Made by a program: the position numbers and the translations under genes | Shown: in pieces, positions 42,735-55,493 of the stretch | Position numbering within the stretch: the stretch's first letter is position 1 | Layout of the letters: every line of letters begins with the position of its first letter | The notes under the pieces: model-generated | Told to the model about the DNA's origin: nothing | The model's input: only the letters and a program-made list of their open reading frames with translations | The model's database searches: none | Origin: Eledone cirrhosa | Taxonomy: Eukaryota | Direction: 5' to 3' | DNA length: 64,000 bases | Assembly: GCA_964016885.1 (NCBI GenBank) | Contig: OZ024741.1 | Location: 215,574,001 to 215,638,000 of the forward strand

Positions 42735-42765
<31 letters not shown>

Positions 42766-42976
42766 AGTCTCTTTGTATGTTGATGTACGCGTGTGTATGT
42801 GTGTGTGTATATATGTGGGGGGGGGGGGGGCAGTATTTTTTTTCCCCCTGGTAAAATGGTGTACATTATTCGATTTTTTCAGTAAAATCGGTTCTCTTAA
42901 TAGAACATCAAAAATCTTAGCAAAAAAAGGTGTGAAATGATATTCACTATATATATATACACATACATACATTCAC

Positions 42977-43008
<32 letters not shown>

Positions 43009-44400
43009 CATATATACATATATATACATATATATTTGTGCACATATATTTTCTTGTGTTGCACCATAGAGCATGTGTGTTTACGTATGTCATTGTGTTT
43101 ATATGTGGGTAGAGATGTGTGCTGATGTAGGTATGTATGTTGACGTGTGTATGTTGTGGGTTCGTCTTAGGGAGAAGTGTTTAGACGGGGTTCGTATTTG
43201 TTAATGAAGTAAGATTCCTTGCTGATGCGCTGGGTGTGGGTGGCATTATCTTTAAATTTGTAGAGGGGAAAGATTCTGAAGTTGGGATGATTTGGGGCGG
43301 CACAGGTATCAATGTGTTCACTCAGTGGTATTTTCCTGTATTCCCGTATTTTGATTTGGGATCTATGGACAGTCATGCGTTGGCGGAGGCTGTTTTTGGT
43401 CTGGCCTATGTATTGTTCTCGACAACCTGAACAAGTTAATACATATATTAGATTTTCCGATGAACATGTGAAATTGTGTTTTACTATAAAACGTTGTCCA
43501 TCTTTGAAATAGAATTCCGAACCCTCTATTAGGTTGATGCAAATGCCACAGTTGGGTCTATCGCATTTTTTTACTGTGGGTTTCGTTGTTGTGGTTGGCA
43601 GTATTTTGGCATGTGTTAAGATGTTTTTCATTGACTTGGATTGTCTTTTGCTCTTTATGATGTCGTGTGTTCGTAGAATTTGGTTCATTCTATAGTCCTT
43701 TTTCAATACAGCGATGTTCTGGAGGATGGTGTCAAAGGCCTCATTGTTGAGGGGGTTGTGTGTGGAGATGTATGGAAGAGCTTTTAGTTTTGGTTGATTT
43801 ACTTTAGGGTGTCTAAGGTCCTGGGTACTGAGTTTTAGGGCACGTTGGATTCCATTGTCAATTAGTGATGCAGGGTAGTCCCTGCCTATGAGTGTGTCCT
43901 TTAGTTCTTGTAGCCGTAAGTAGCAGATGTTTTTATTGCAGACTTTTTATATTCACATGACCTCTACCGACCAATCAAAATTGTTTTGACCACAAGAATT
44001 TTTGCTGGAGCCACCTTTTTAACATAAAAACAGTCTTGGCGCAAAATCAATTTTTTACATTCACATGACCTCTACCGACCAATCAAAATTGTTTTGACCA
44101 CAAGAATTTTTGCAAATTGGAGCCACGTTTTTAACATAAAAACAGGTAGAATTCCCAAAACTAATCAGATCAGAGCAAACAGCACGGACACTCTATCTCA
44201 AAATTATTTTTGAAAAGCATTTAGAAATGCGCAACCGGAAAAAACTTAAAAACTTAAAACCACAACTGAATACTAACCCATACAATCACTAATACTCTTT
44301 TATTCCTAATTAAACCATTTTTCAACTGTGAACAATTTGTCAGCATTTTCTATTCCGTTTACCAATATATAATAACTTGTGTGTTACACCTCTATTCTTT

Positions 44401-44405
<5 letters not shown>
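41960..44405 (-). mobile_element. 5'-truncated PLE (Neptune-like Cys linker) with inverted pLTR (41963-42400 vs 43945-44368)
   Basis: ~430-bp inverted repeats bracket an RT-thumb/GIY-YIG coding fragment. Confidence 0.85.
43167..43940 (-). CDS. PLE C-terminus: Cys-rich linker plus GIY-YIG endonuclease (5'-truncated)
   Basis: CDRPNCGIC..FTCSSENLIYVLTCSGCREQYIGQTKNSLRQRMTVHR..SEH..RISKESYFINKYEPRLN. Confidence 0.85.
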   Translation of the reverse strand, partial: CNKNICYLRLQELKDTLIGRDYPASLIDNGIQRALKLSTQDLRHPKVNQPKLKALPYISTHNPLNNEAFDTILQNIAVLKKDYRMNQILRTHDIIKSKRQSKSMKNILTHAKILPTTTTKPTVKKCDRPNCGICINLIEGSEFYFKDGQRFIVKHNFTCSSENLIYVLTCSGCREQYIGQTKNSLRQRMTVHRSQIKIREYRKIPLSEHIDTCAAPNHPNFRIFPLYKFKDNATHTQRISKESYFINKYEPRLNTSP

Positions 44406-44443
<38 letters not shown>

Positions 44444-44595
44444 ATACTTTGGGAGGGTCATGTTGCCAATAAGAAACACACGCACCAGTTGCTTTCACTT
44501 CAATTTATTATTATAATAAATTTATAATAAATTTATAAATTTATAAATTTCTGGTTGGTTGGTTGGTTCCACAACCAGATAGTTGTTTATATATT

Positions 44596-44638
44596 GTCAT
44601 AGTTCTTTCGTCACACACTCTGTGACCTCTTCAGTGAC
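44596..44638 (-). ncRNA. Minimal HHR in pLTR (second copy at 48662-48704)
   Basis: GUCA-CUGAAGA-G-GUCACA gagug UGUGAC-GAAA-GaaC-UA-UGAC; same strand as the ORF. Confidence 0.75.
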
Positions 44639-44834
44639 TGGGGATTCCTTTCTTTGTTTCTGTGCCTCTCCTTTGTTCTGTCCTACGCCATTTTGTTTCT
44701 GTGCGTGTGTGCTCAGTCTGCGCATACGCCACATCCGGGTGTCTGTGTGTGTTTATGTTCATTTATTTATTTGTTTATTTACATGTTACTGGTTGTTTGT
44801 TTGTTCGATGTGTGTGTGTGTTTTCATTTTGTCC

Positions 44835-47800
44835 TTAATTGTAAGTTGTGATGTTGCTGTTCCACTCATATTTTCTATTTAATTTTGGTTGTAATTCTTT
44901 TATGTTTATTGCCTCTGTAATTTGTCTAAACATTGCGTCTTTTCTGTGTGTAGATTCTATTTTTATTTCTATGTTCTCTAATTTACCCTTGTGTTCTATT
45001 TTAGCATGTTGGTAGAGTACAGATGATTCTTTACTATCTTGAAGGTCTCGCCAGTGTTCATTTATCCGTTCCCCTACACTACGAGCTGTCTCACCTATGT
45101 ACACTATATTTTTGTCTCTACATTGTTCTTCAGTACATCTTATGCTATACACTACATTTCTCGTGTTACAGTTAATATGGGGGCTTATTTTACAGGTTAT
45201 ACATTTCTTATCTATACATGAGGGTCTTTGAAAAGGGTATGTCTTGCTAATAAGTGTTTTTACGGAGGTACCTGGTCTTTCTACTATCTTAATATTGAGT
45301 TTATGTTTATTTAGGGCCCTTCTAAATTTGTAAGCTCTAGGCGTTGTATCAATGAACATTACACTCTGGTATTTATTGCTATCATACCATGAGTTTATTC
45401 TATTAGCCTTGTTCCTAGTTCTTTCTATTCTATTCCAAAATTTGCTCCTATACAAGGGGCAGGTCCCATTTATGTCATTATTTACCATTTTTTCCCATTT
45501 GGTTCTGGCTCCTCTATACACTCTGATTTTATCTCTCTGATTGTAGCCAGAGAACTGCATACGGTGGATGAAGTGTTGTATGTGTCTCTCTCTAGTTCTT
45601 CGGGGTTGCACATGTGGGACACGTTTCTCATCACCCGTACTAAATCCGCAATCAGTATGTTGATTTTGGTATGGTCCGAAACGGCCGAGTTTCGGTGGAT
45701 CAGATGTTTGGAAGTCATGGGTTTGGTATAATGGGAATGGAGGATTTGTTTTTTTGTTATTAATGGTATCTAACCACAGCTCTGTGTCTAGTACAGGTAA
45801 TCGATGCTTGGGGTGTTTACTTGGGTAGTCTATAGTAACTCTAATGCTCTGGTGGATGGAGTTAGCTATTTGCTGGATGCTTTCCATTGTGTTTTTCTCT
45901 AGTTCCTGACTGTTCTCTAGTGGGGGTGTCTTAACTACGATGTTTATATCATCAACGTAGCGGGAGTACATTATCAGGGTTAAGGGGTCTTCTAATTGTT
46001 CTTTAAGCTTAAGTTTAAGTCTACTGTCCCACCATACCATGAATAAGTTAGCTATGTCGCCTGCAATGCTAACACCAATGGCTGCTCCTTCCTCTTGAGC
46101 ATATGTTTTTCTATTAAATTTGAACATATGTTTCTTAAGGATTAGTTTTATGCTGGCCCCTACCGCATGTGCAATCATTTTCTTCAGTTCATCGTGGTTT
46201 TCGGGTGTCCGTATGGCTCTGGTCCACCCGTTCCATCTATCTGTGTGCGTTTTCTTGGCCATTGAGGTAATGGTAGGTGGTCTGCCTCTTGCTGGTCTTG
46301 TAGGGCACAGGTTGCTAAGGTCATATGTGTCAAGGTAATTATTACTATAGGTAAGTTTAAGTAGGAGTCCCAGCTCACTGGTATCAATCCCACGGAACTC
46401 AACATTGCTCTCACTGATCATTTCTACGCATTTCTCCACAGCAAAATCCACGTCAATAGATGGATACAGTGACACAACATCCATACTACCTATTATGCAG
46501 TTTGTTAGGTCCCTAGATCGGTTACCCACGCCGATTCTGCTGAGGAGGTCCTCCGTGCTGTCACATACATCTGGGGACATTTCGATGATGGGGCGTATGA
46601 TCAGGGAGAGGAAGTAGGACAGTCTGTAGTTACTAGCAATGTTAGCTCCACAGACTAGCCGTGTTGGTGATCCCGCGACAGGGTCACTGCCCGTTTTATG
46701 GTCTTTTCGAAGCCCATACAACGCCAGCACGTCATTGTTCCAGGCCTGGAAGTTGTTGGCAGTCCTTTTGTTGGGCTGCATTATATTCGTCCACATCACC
46801 ATATGGGCATTGAGGGCTTTTTCTCTATCATCATGCTCCTGTGGTGTTACCTCTCTTGTGTTAGTGATGTGGGGCTGCATTGCCTGGATGTAGTTTGGCA
46901 GGCTGTCAACCGACATTCTGCCAGACTTGTCTGTTGGAAAGCATGCTATCTCTCCATTACGCGAGCGCTGCATGAGCTTACGCAAGCCATTTGTAGATTT
47001 TTCTCCCAGTTGCTGAGCCTCCATGCTATTATGCTTCTTGCTATACTGTTCTATAATATTTCTAAGTTCGGATCTAGCTATACTAAATTGTGCTTCTGTT
47101 TGTTCATCGACCTGCGACGGCAATTGTGTGCGTTTGTTAAATGTTAAAGTCGTGGCGTGGACTCGTCGCAGGTCGAACGATTTATCGGAGGGATTATAAA
47201 AACTAGAGTTCCAGGCTGCTGCTTTATGTGTACTAGTGCTATTGTTATTGTTAGTTGTGTTGTTTCTATTTCTATTTCCACCAACAGCCTCATGGTTGTT
47301 TCTATGTCTCTCATAATTACTCCTGTCTCTTTCCACTGGCTCATTGTTGTTATCTACCCTATTTTGTGTGTCTGTGTGTTCGTCTTGGTTATTTTCTTTG
47401 TCCTTAGTCTCTTTTCTACTTTTAATCCTATTACTTTCCCTTATTTCTCTGATTTCTGTGCTACTGTCATTACTTGTTTTCTGTGTCTGTGTGTTTGTTA
47501 AGATTGTGGTGGTGGTGAGAGGCATTGAATGTGCGTGTGTTGTTGTTATTGATGTGTGCTGTTGTTGATGTGTGTTGTTGTTGTCTCCGTGTGTGTTATT
47601 ATTGTTGTGTGTGTTGTTATTGTTGTTTGTGTCTGCGTGTCTGTTGTTGTTGTTTCTGGGTATGTTATTATTGTTGTTGTTGTTGGTGTGTGTGTTGTTT
47701 TTATTGTTGTTTGTGGCTGTGTGTCTGTTGTGGTTGGGATGTGTGTTGTATATGTGTGTGCGTATATTGTTGCTTTTGTTTTTGTTTTTGTTTTTGAGGC

Positions 47801-48551
47801 TCCAGCGTAGTTTTGTAAATGATTTTTCTATTTCTGACAGACAACTAATCATATTTACCTTCTTGAATGTCGCATACTTAGGTGGAAGTTGCAATGCAGA
47901 TAATTCATCGTCATCTATTATTGTGTTGCCGTATATATTTGTGTTGTTGTTGTTGAACTCATCTGTTAATGAGGTGTCGGCCATATTTATACCATCAATT
48001 TTGTCGGGATCTCTATTGGTATTCTCTATAGTATCCTGATTTAGCTTTATCTGCTTAAGCCACTTTAGTTTCTTGTTAAAGTGCTTATCACATTCTTGAG
48101 TAATGTACTGTTCTTCAGGACGTATAAAGCTTATAAATATTAGTTTCTCTCTTGGTGTGGTGATCCTAGCTATTTCTTGTATTAGGTTACGCTTATGTTT
48201 TTCTTGATGACTTAATTCTCTATAGATTTTCTTTTTCATGTTTAGAATTAGTGTTCGTTTTAGCCTGTCTGCTTGTTTTTTGGTGAGTTGTAATCTTCTT
48301 ACGTCGGTGTTGATAGTGTTGGTGTAAACTCGGGACGAGGCACATTCTTTTATGAAGTATAGTTGTCGAGATGTTATGGTTTTTCGTAGACAACAGAACA
48401 TGGTGGTTTTCAGTATCTTGTTAGCGTGGCTAAGGCTTACGATATTTCGTTTCTGAATTTGTTTAGCAAGATTCTTTATCTGAAATCGTGTGTTGAAACC
48501 GATATTGTTATACTTTGAGAGGGTCATGTTGCCAATAAGAAACACACGCAC
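44835..48551 (-). CDS. PLE polyprotein: RT plus GIY-YIG endonuclease (1238 aa, with two compensating frameshifts)
   Basis: TDKSG, YGLRKDHK, GSMDVVSLYPSI, QEEGAAIG, RYVDD, CxxxxCxxC, NVVYSIRC..YIGETARSVGERINEH, EA..I..P.LN. Confidence 0.92.
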   Translation of the reverse strand: MRVFLIGNMTLSKYNNIGFNTRFQIKNLAKQIQKRNIVSLSHANKILKTTMFCCLRKTITSRQLYFIKECASSRVYTNTINTDVRRLQLTKKQADRLKRTLILNMKKKIYRELSHQEKHKRNLIQEIARITTPREKLIFISFIRPEEQYITQECDKHFNKKLKWLKQIKLNQDTIENTNRDPDKIDGINMADTSLTDEFNNNNTNIYGNTIIDDDELSALQLPPKYATFKKVNMISCLSEIEKSFTKLRWSLKNKNKNKSNNIRTHIYNTHPNHNRHTATNNNKNNTHTNNNNNNNIPRNNNNRHADTNNNNNTHNNNNTHGDNNNTHQQQHTSITTTHAHSMPLTTTTILTNTQTQKTSNDSSTEIREIRESNRIKSRKETKDKENNQDEHTDTQNRVDNNNEPVERDRSNYERHRNNHEAVGGNRNRNNTTNNNNSTSTHKAAAWNSSFYNPSDKSFDLRRVHATTLTFNKRTQLPSQVDEQTEAQFSIARSELRNIIEQYSKKHNSMEAQQLGEKSTNGLRKLMQRSRNGEIACFPTDKSGRMSVDSLPNYIQAMQPHITNTREVTPQEHDDREKALNAHMVMWTNIMQPNKRTANNFQAWNNDVLALYGLRKDHKTGSDPVAGSPTRLVCGANIASNYRLSYFLSLIIRPIIEMSPDVCDSTEDLLSRIGVGNRSRDLTNCIIGSMDVVSLYPSIDVDFAVEKCVEMISESNVEFRGIDTSELGLLLKLTYSNNYLDTYDLSNLCPTRPARGRPPTITSMAKKTHTDRWNGWTRAIRTPENHDELKKMIAHAVGASIKLILKKHMFKFNRKTYAQEEGAAIGVSIAGDIANLFMVWWDSRLKLKLKEQLEDPLTLIMYSRYVDDINIVVKTPPLENSQELEKNTMESIQQIANSIHQSIRVTIDYPSKHPKHRLPVLDTELWLDTINNKKTNPPFPLYQTHDFQTSDPPKLGRFGPYQNQHTDCGFSTGDEKRVPHVQPRRTRERHIQHFIHRMQFSGYNQRDKIRVYRGARTKWEKMVNNDINGTCPLYRSKFWNRIERTRNKANRINSWYDSNKYQSVMFIDTTPRAYKFRRALNKHKLNIKIVERPGTSVKTLISKTYPFQRPSCIDKKCITCKISPHINCNTRNVVYSIRCTEEQCRDKNIVYIGETARSVGERINEHWRDLQDSKESSVLYQHAKIEHKGKLENIEIKIESTHRKDAMFRQITEAINIKELQPKLNRKYEWNSNITTYN

Positions 48552-49181
48552 CAGTTGCTTTCACTTCAATTTATTATTATAATAAATTTATAATAAATTT
48601 ATAAATTTATAAATTTCTGGTTGGTTGGTTGGTTCCACAACCAGATAGTTGTTTATATATTGTCATAGTTCTTTCGTCACACACTCTGTGACCTCTTCAG
48701 TGACTGGGGATTCCTTTCTTTGTTTCTGTGCCTCTCCTTTGTTCTGTCCTACGCCATTTTGTTTCTGTTTGTGTGTTGTGTGCTCAGTCTGCGCATGCGC
48801 CACATCCGGGTGTCTGTGTGTGTTTATGTTCATTTATTTATTTGTTATTTACATGTTACTGGTTGGTTGTTTGTTCTATGTGTGTGTGTGTTTTCATTTT
48901 GTCCTTAATTGTAAGTTGTGATGTTGCTGTTCCACTCATATTTTCTATTTAATTTTGGTTGTAATTCTTTTATGTTTATTGCCTCTGGTTGTGGAACCAA
49001 CCAACCAACCAGAAATTTATAAATTTATAAATTTATTATAAATTTATTATAATAATAAATTGAAGTGAAAGCAACTGGTGCGTGTGTTTCTTATTGGCAA
49101 CATAACCCTCCCAAAGTATAACAATATCGGTTTCAACACACGATTTCAGATAAAGAATATTGCTAAACAAATTCAGAAACG

Positions 49182-49359
<178 letters not shown>

Positions 49360-49478
49360 GGATATATATGGATATATTTGTGTATGAGTGTATGTGTGTA
49401 TGTATATGTATGTATATTTGTATGTGTGTGTGTGTATATGTATGTGTGTATGTATGTGTGTGTGTATGTATGAATGTG

Positions 49479-49531
<53 letters not shown>

Positions 49532-49556
49532 ATATATATATGTGTGTATATATATA

Positions 49557-50097
49557 TGGCGACTAAACTGGCAACCTCACCAAGGTTTCTTGGTGAGGAG
49601 GGTAACTTTGGACATCCTGCAGGACTAAAAACAAAACCTGTCAAAGGGCAAAGGAGCTCTTAAGAGTCAATAGCCATCCAAAATCACCGGGAGAGATGAC
49701 CCCTTAGCCTTTGTCAAGGCAGAATTCTAGGAGAAGGAAAACTCTGATATAACACCTGCAACCCTGATGGTATCCAATGATGTTGACTTGTTATTCTTTT
49801 TGGTAAATATCATCTTGGTTAAGAGAGTGGGACTGGCTTTGTGCAGTGCCTTTGCTCGCTATAAAAGCTTCACAGCACAGGCATTGCTTTATATCTGGAG
49901 ATCTCTCTGCACTTGTCGTCACATGGTACCATGGGCCCAGCACTATGTGTCAATAATTGTCACAAGTGTAGTGTTTGTTCCAGAGTTTTCAAATCGCTGG
50001 CTGGACTAAAAAGTCACACTTGTTTAGCGTATCGGTGGGGGTTCTCCTACATGGATATAACGTAGTGGCCGTACTCGAAAACGAGTTGGCAGCCACC

Positions 50098-50098
<1 letters not shown>
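49557..50098 (-). repeat. Second copy of the ~540-bp element at 32352-32892
   Basis: Reverse-complement similarity over the whole length. Confidence 0.85.
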
Positions 50099-50135
<37 letters not shown>

Positions 50136-50182
50136 ATATATGTATATATATGTGTATGTGTATGTATGCGTGTATGTATATA

Positions 50183-50446
50183 TATCATTAGCTATAAAAG
50201 GTAGATTGTTGTTGTTGTGTGTGTGTACATGTTCCATGTTTATACATTTGCAGAATTTCAAACAGATTTGACTCAACGTCTGTAAGAATGTTGTAAATGG
50301 GGGTGAGATTGATCTAAGTTAGACCATTTACAACATTCTTACAGACTTTGAGTCGAATCGTTTTGAAATTGTGTAAATGTATAAATATGGAACATGTGCA
50401 CACACACACACAACAACAACAATCTGCCTTTTATAGATAATCATAT
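50183..50446. repeat. Imperfect ~115-bp inverted repeat (fold-back)
   Basis: gtctgtaagaatgttgtaaatgg / ccatttacaacattcttacagac and the flanking arms. Confidence 0.8.
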
Positions 50447-50467
50447 ATATATATATATATATATATT

Positions 50468-51452
50468 TATAAACGGAAAAAATGAAACGAAATTTCATTT
50501 CTCACTCTTAGTACGGCTGTTACTTAAATATAAGTATGTATACGTACATACATATATGTATACAGACGTATAGTAGTATGTATATATATATATATATATA
50601 TACATACATGCACACATATATATATATGTACGTATGGATTCACCGAACATTTGTTATAATGCTCGGTGTGTTTGTAAACAAACATCACGAATTAAGCCGT
50701 AGTGTCTAGCAACCATCGTTGCTCATTTGTTCAACACTGACAAAGGAACGCTGTACTACATTCAAGCTTATTAGCTATCGTCAGCATTTTTCATCCGTTT
50801 CATTTTTTCCGTTTATCATTTTCGGTACCCCGGCCGATTACCTCACTCGATATGCAAATTAGGCTGCTCAGCCGTTAATATGCAGATTGTTGAACGTATA
50901 TACTTACCTTATGGATATTAACGGCTGAGTAGCCCAATTTGCATATCGAGTGGGTTAATCGGCCGGGTGCACCGAAAACGATAAACGGAAAAAAAGTAAC
51001 GAAATTTCATTTCCCACTCTTAGTACGGCTGTTACTTAAATATAAGTATGTACACGTACATACATGTATATATATATACATATATGCACACATATATATA
51101 TGTACGTATGGATTCACCGAACATTTGTTATAATGCTCGGTGTGTTTGTAAACAAACATCCCGAATTAAGCCGTACAGTGTCTAGCAACCATCGTTGCTC
51201 GTTTGTTCAACACTGACAAAGGAACGCTGTAGTAGTTTCCTTTGTCAGTGTTGAACAAATGAGCAACGATGGTTGCTAGACACTGTACGGCTTAATTCGG
51301 GATGTTTGTTTACAAACACACCGAGCCTTATAATAAATGTTCGGTGAATACATACGTACATATATATATGTGTGCATGTATGTATATATATATATATATA
51401 TACATACTACTGTACGTCTGTATACATATATGTATGTACGTATACATACTTA
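50468..51452. mobile_element. Retrozyme-like family B, rearranged copies; mutated HHR at ~50749-50786 (minus)
   Basis: Similar to 39848-40942; several inversion junctions. Confidence 0.8.
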
Positions 51453-51476
51453 TATATATATATATGTGTGTGTGTG

Positions 51477-51561
<85 letters not shown>

Positions 51562-53043
51562 ATATATATATGTATATATTTGTGTATGTGTATTTATGTG
51601 TTTTGTATATGTGTATATCTGTGTATTTCTGTAGATGTGTTTGTATATGTATGTATATGGATTTTTGGAAGGTAACCTACCAATATCTCCTCCCTCTCTA
51701 CTTTAGCCATAGAGTTCTCTCAATAAACGGACAGTCACATACTTAGGTAGTTAGACGGCTAAGATTGTTTGCGCACTTGCAAACGATACTCGGCCTGTTT
51801 CCACGGAGTTCTCACAGCTGAGCGCTCTCTTTTAGAATACCTAGGTAGTAATAGTTAGATTGATTACACACTTAGTATGGACCGATTACGCTCTCTATAC
51901 ATAGCTCTACACACAGTACCCGCTTTCTTTAGACATTGAGCTCCCACTTTTACGAATTTCACGTTCCTACCGACTGAACACTACACCAGGTTTTGATGCG
52001 TGATCATCTAACCATGGAGGACTCATTGTTACGGATTGAACAGCGATACTGACACACCATTAATGGACCTACACACATCCTTTGGATTTTACTGTCCTGT
52101 TTTTTCTTACTTCACCTTCTGTGTTGGATAAAACACCTCCACCACTCAAACAACTATCTTAAAAGCTCATTGGCCCATGTGACGGGAAATCGCACTTGCG
52201 GACTCATTTACCCAATACCCAACCCTACACAGAGCCCTTTGCCGGCCCACATTGCAGTTGCTTGCACGCACGGATTTGGTGACTCTGATTCTCAACTGGA
52301 CAACGGTACACAAGGAGTTCAACATGAGCTGATTGCTTGCTCTTCACATGGATGTGTATATACCCGGACATAATACCCATCTCCCCCCCCCCCCCCCCAC
52401 ACATTTTTTGGACGATTCGGATGTGTATATACCATTTACCATAACACACACTTGAAGATATGGATGATACAATCGGATCTATACACGTATAGCAGAACAC
52501 TGAACTGAACTTACTCGCGCGCACGCGCGCGCGTGTGTGTGTGTGTGTATGTGTGTAGCGTTGGTTAACCCAATATTTCCAATTTACATCGTCAAATTGA
52601 GATTTGACCGACATAGCTTCTATTGCTTTGCGAACTAACTTTTCGGTGAGTGCTGTGTTGGTACATTCTTATATGTGTTTTTTCTCGGACATCGCTTCGG
52701 TGTGTGTGAAAGTGTGTGAGTACCCACCCACGCTAATTCTACGGGTTTAATACTGTGTTGATGTGTGTATATATATGTATATATTTTTCTTTGACCTCGA
52801 GCCGATGTATGTGGGTGTGGAGTGTGTGTGTACCCACTCACTTTTAACTGTGACTGATTTGATTGATGTCCAGCGTCTTTTGCAGCGATAGAAATCTGAA
52901 AACTTTTATGACCTCAACTAAAGCTATTACCAGTCGCCATGTCTCTGACTGACTGGTGTGTCTCCATATGAGGGAATGAATTCTGTGAGAGAACATCGTT
53001 ATTTTTTCCCCCCTCATATCCAGAATTTGAAGACAATTTATTT

Positions 53044-53117
53044 TCACCTGATGAGATCAGTGATAATCGATCATGGCTTCACAATCGATCTATCTCTTAT
53101 TGAAACATGTGTCGTGA
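53044..53117 (+). ncRNA. Type I HHR with long helix II
   Basis: UCAC-CUGAUGA-~47 nt-GAAA-CAUGUG-UC-GUGA. Confidence 0.7.
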
Positions 53118-53299
53118 TTAAATGATTCGAATTTTACCTTGCCTCCGTATTTTCATTTTGATACTTATACTCCGTTTTACATCATCTAGCTGATCCCTCG
53201 AATGGAATTGGAGATATACAAAAGCGTGGAGAACTTAATATTGCTAACATAAGTTATTGGACCATTTTACACAACCAATAATGCACCTTACTATATAAC

Positions 53300-53456
<157 letters not shown>

Positions 53457-54028
53457 TGTCTGTTGACACCTGGAATATAGCTTAAGAGAAACATGACAAT
53501 AATGATATGATAGGCACCCAATATTTTGAACCGGTTTATAGAATTCTCTTGGCCTTTGTCACTCTGAGTAGAGCTTTAAAGAATTAGCTTTTAAAGAATT
53601 TCCCTTTTCTTTAAATCCATCAACCATGACCGACCCCCAACCATCTTATAGACACCTGAAATATAGGCATTGTTAGCTTAAGAGAAACTTAAAAATAAGG
53701 AGTGGCACCCCAATCTGAACTTGTTTACAGAATTCTTTCTGCTTTTGTCACTCTAAATATAAATTTTAGCCTTAAAGAATTAGCTTTTAATGAATTCCCT
53801 TTTCTTTCAACCAATGACCTCCACCCTCACCCTCCCACACTCTCCTACCACCTGAAAAGATATAAATAACACAACATTTATTTTGGAAAGCCAGATTCAT
53901 GATGATTTCTAAAGAATGAAACAATTATAGTCTTGTAGAATCTCATCTATATTAAAAGTTTTATACTCTGCTATGTATTGAGTACCTTACTTACTGTGGT
54001 CACCTCCGATTCAACCCGGAATAACTTA

Positions 54029-54096
<68 letters not shown>

Positions 54097-54153
54097 AACA
54101 TACATACACACAAGCACGCATTTGTACACACACACACATTTATATAAATATAC

Positions 54154-54240
<87 letters not shown>

Positions 54241-54461
54241 ATGTTGAAAAGATAACACACCAGAGAGAGAGATAGTGCGCCATCAATCAAACAGGGAAGA
54301 ACTACCAGTGTATGGAATCTATAGCCCATGGAAGGCAGAGTAGACACACAATAATTAAAAGTATTAAAAGAGTCTATGGCTCCGTTAATTTATCGTTATA
54401 TATAGGGAAAAGAAGTTGTAAATACAATTGGGGTCTTTAAGAAGGTTTATTTACAATAGTT

Positions 54462-54505
54462 ATGACTTTACCGGTTTCACAAGTTTAATGATTTTCAAAG
54501 GTTAA
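54462..54505 (-). ncRNA. HHR-like motif with U3-A8 core (UUGAAAA)
   Basis: UUAACCU-UUGAAAA-UCA uuaaacu UGU-GAAA-CCGG-UA-AAGUCAU; helix I imperfect. Confidence 0.5.
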
Positions 54506-55315
54506 GAGAGATGGCGTGATGTGTAGCTATGTCGACTTGTAAAAATTATGCACCATAAGACGTTGTTTAACACTCCAAATCAGCATATCCCGTCATCAGC
54601 TGTTATATGAGGCTAGGGACAGAGTTTAAGTTAAAAGAAATCTGATCCCACTGATGATGGTATAATGGATTTAAGAGAAATATAGAGAGTAGAGGATGTA
54701 ACGTGAGTGTGTGAGAGTGAGGGGGATGTTTGAAGGAGGTTATCAGAGAGAAGTGTATAGCGAAGATTAGATGGAGTATTAGTGTGTGTGAAGAAAGAAA
54801 GAATGAGAAGAAGAAGAAGAAGAAGAAGAAGAAGAAGAAGAAGAAGAAGAAGAAGAAGAAGAAGAAGAAGAAGAAGAAGAAGAAGAAGAAGAAGAAGAAG
54901 AAGAAGAAGAAGAAGAAGAAGAATGGGAGTGAATGACTGGTTTTTCTTTTTACATTATTAGAACTAACGATTCCTAGACTGTCACACATTGATAGAGACC
55001 TTTGTATAAGTACATATAAAAAATGTGACTTTGTTGGCCATAGTTGAGTTGGTGTGTCTGTGTGTCGTTACACATATTGTGATTTGTGCTAGACACACAT
55101 TGAATATCGATCGCTACATAAGAGATCCTGTTTTTATATTATTTTATTTATTTGCTGTTTTTTTTGTTGTTATTGCTGTTGTTGATTTTGGTATTTTTAC
55201 GTGTTGAGTCTTCACATGTCTTAACATATGATTTCACCGAACAAGTTGTTACTTTTCTGTTTGTTCAAAGATGCGGAAATAAACACAATATTTTTACTAT
55301 CATATATATATATAG

Positions 55316-55359
<44 letters not shown>

Positions 55360-55414
55360 GTATAAATATATATGTATAAATATATATGTATATATATATA
55401 TATATGTATAAATA

Positions 55415-55491
<77 letters not shown>

Positions 55492-55493
<2 letters not shown>

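Noticed and set aside
41960-44368. DNA transposon with 430-bp TIRs
   Set aside because: The interior encodes a PLE GIY-YIG rather than a transposase; the inverted repeat is the usual PLE inverted pLTR.
54805-54922. Poly-Lys/poly-Phe ORFs
   Set aside because: (GAA)n microsatellite.
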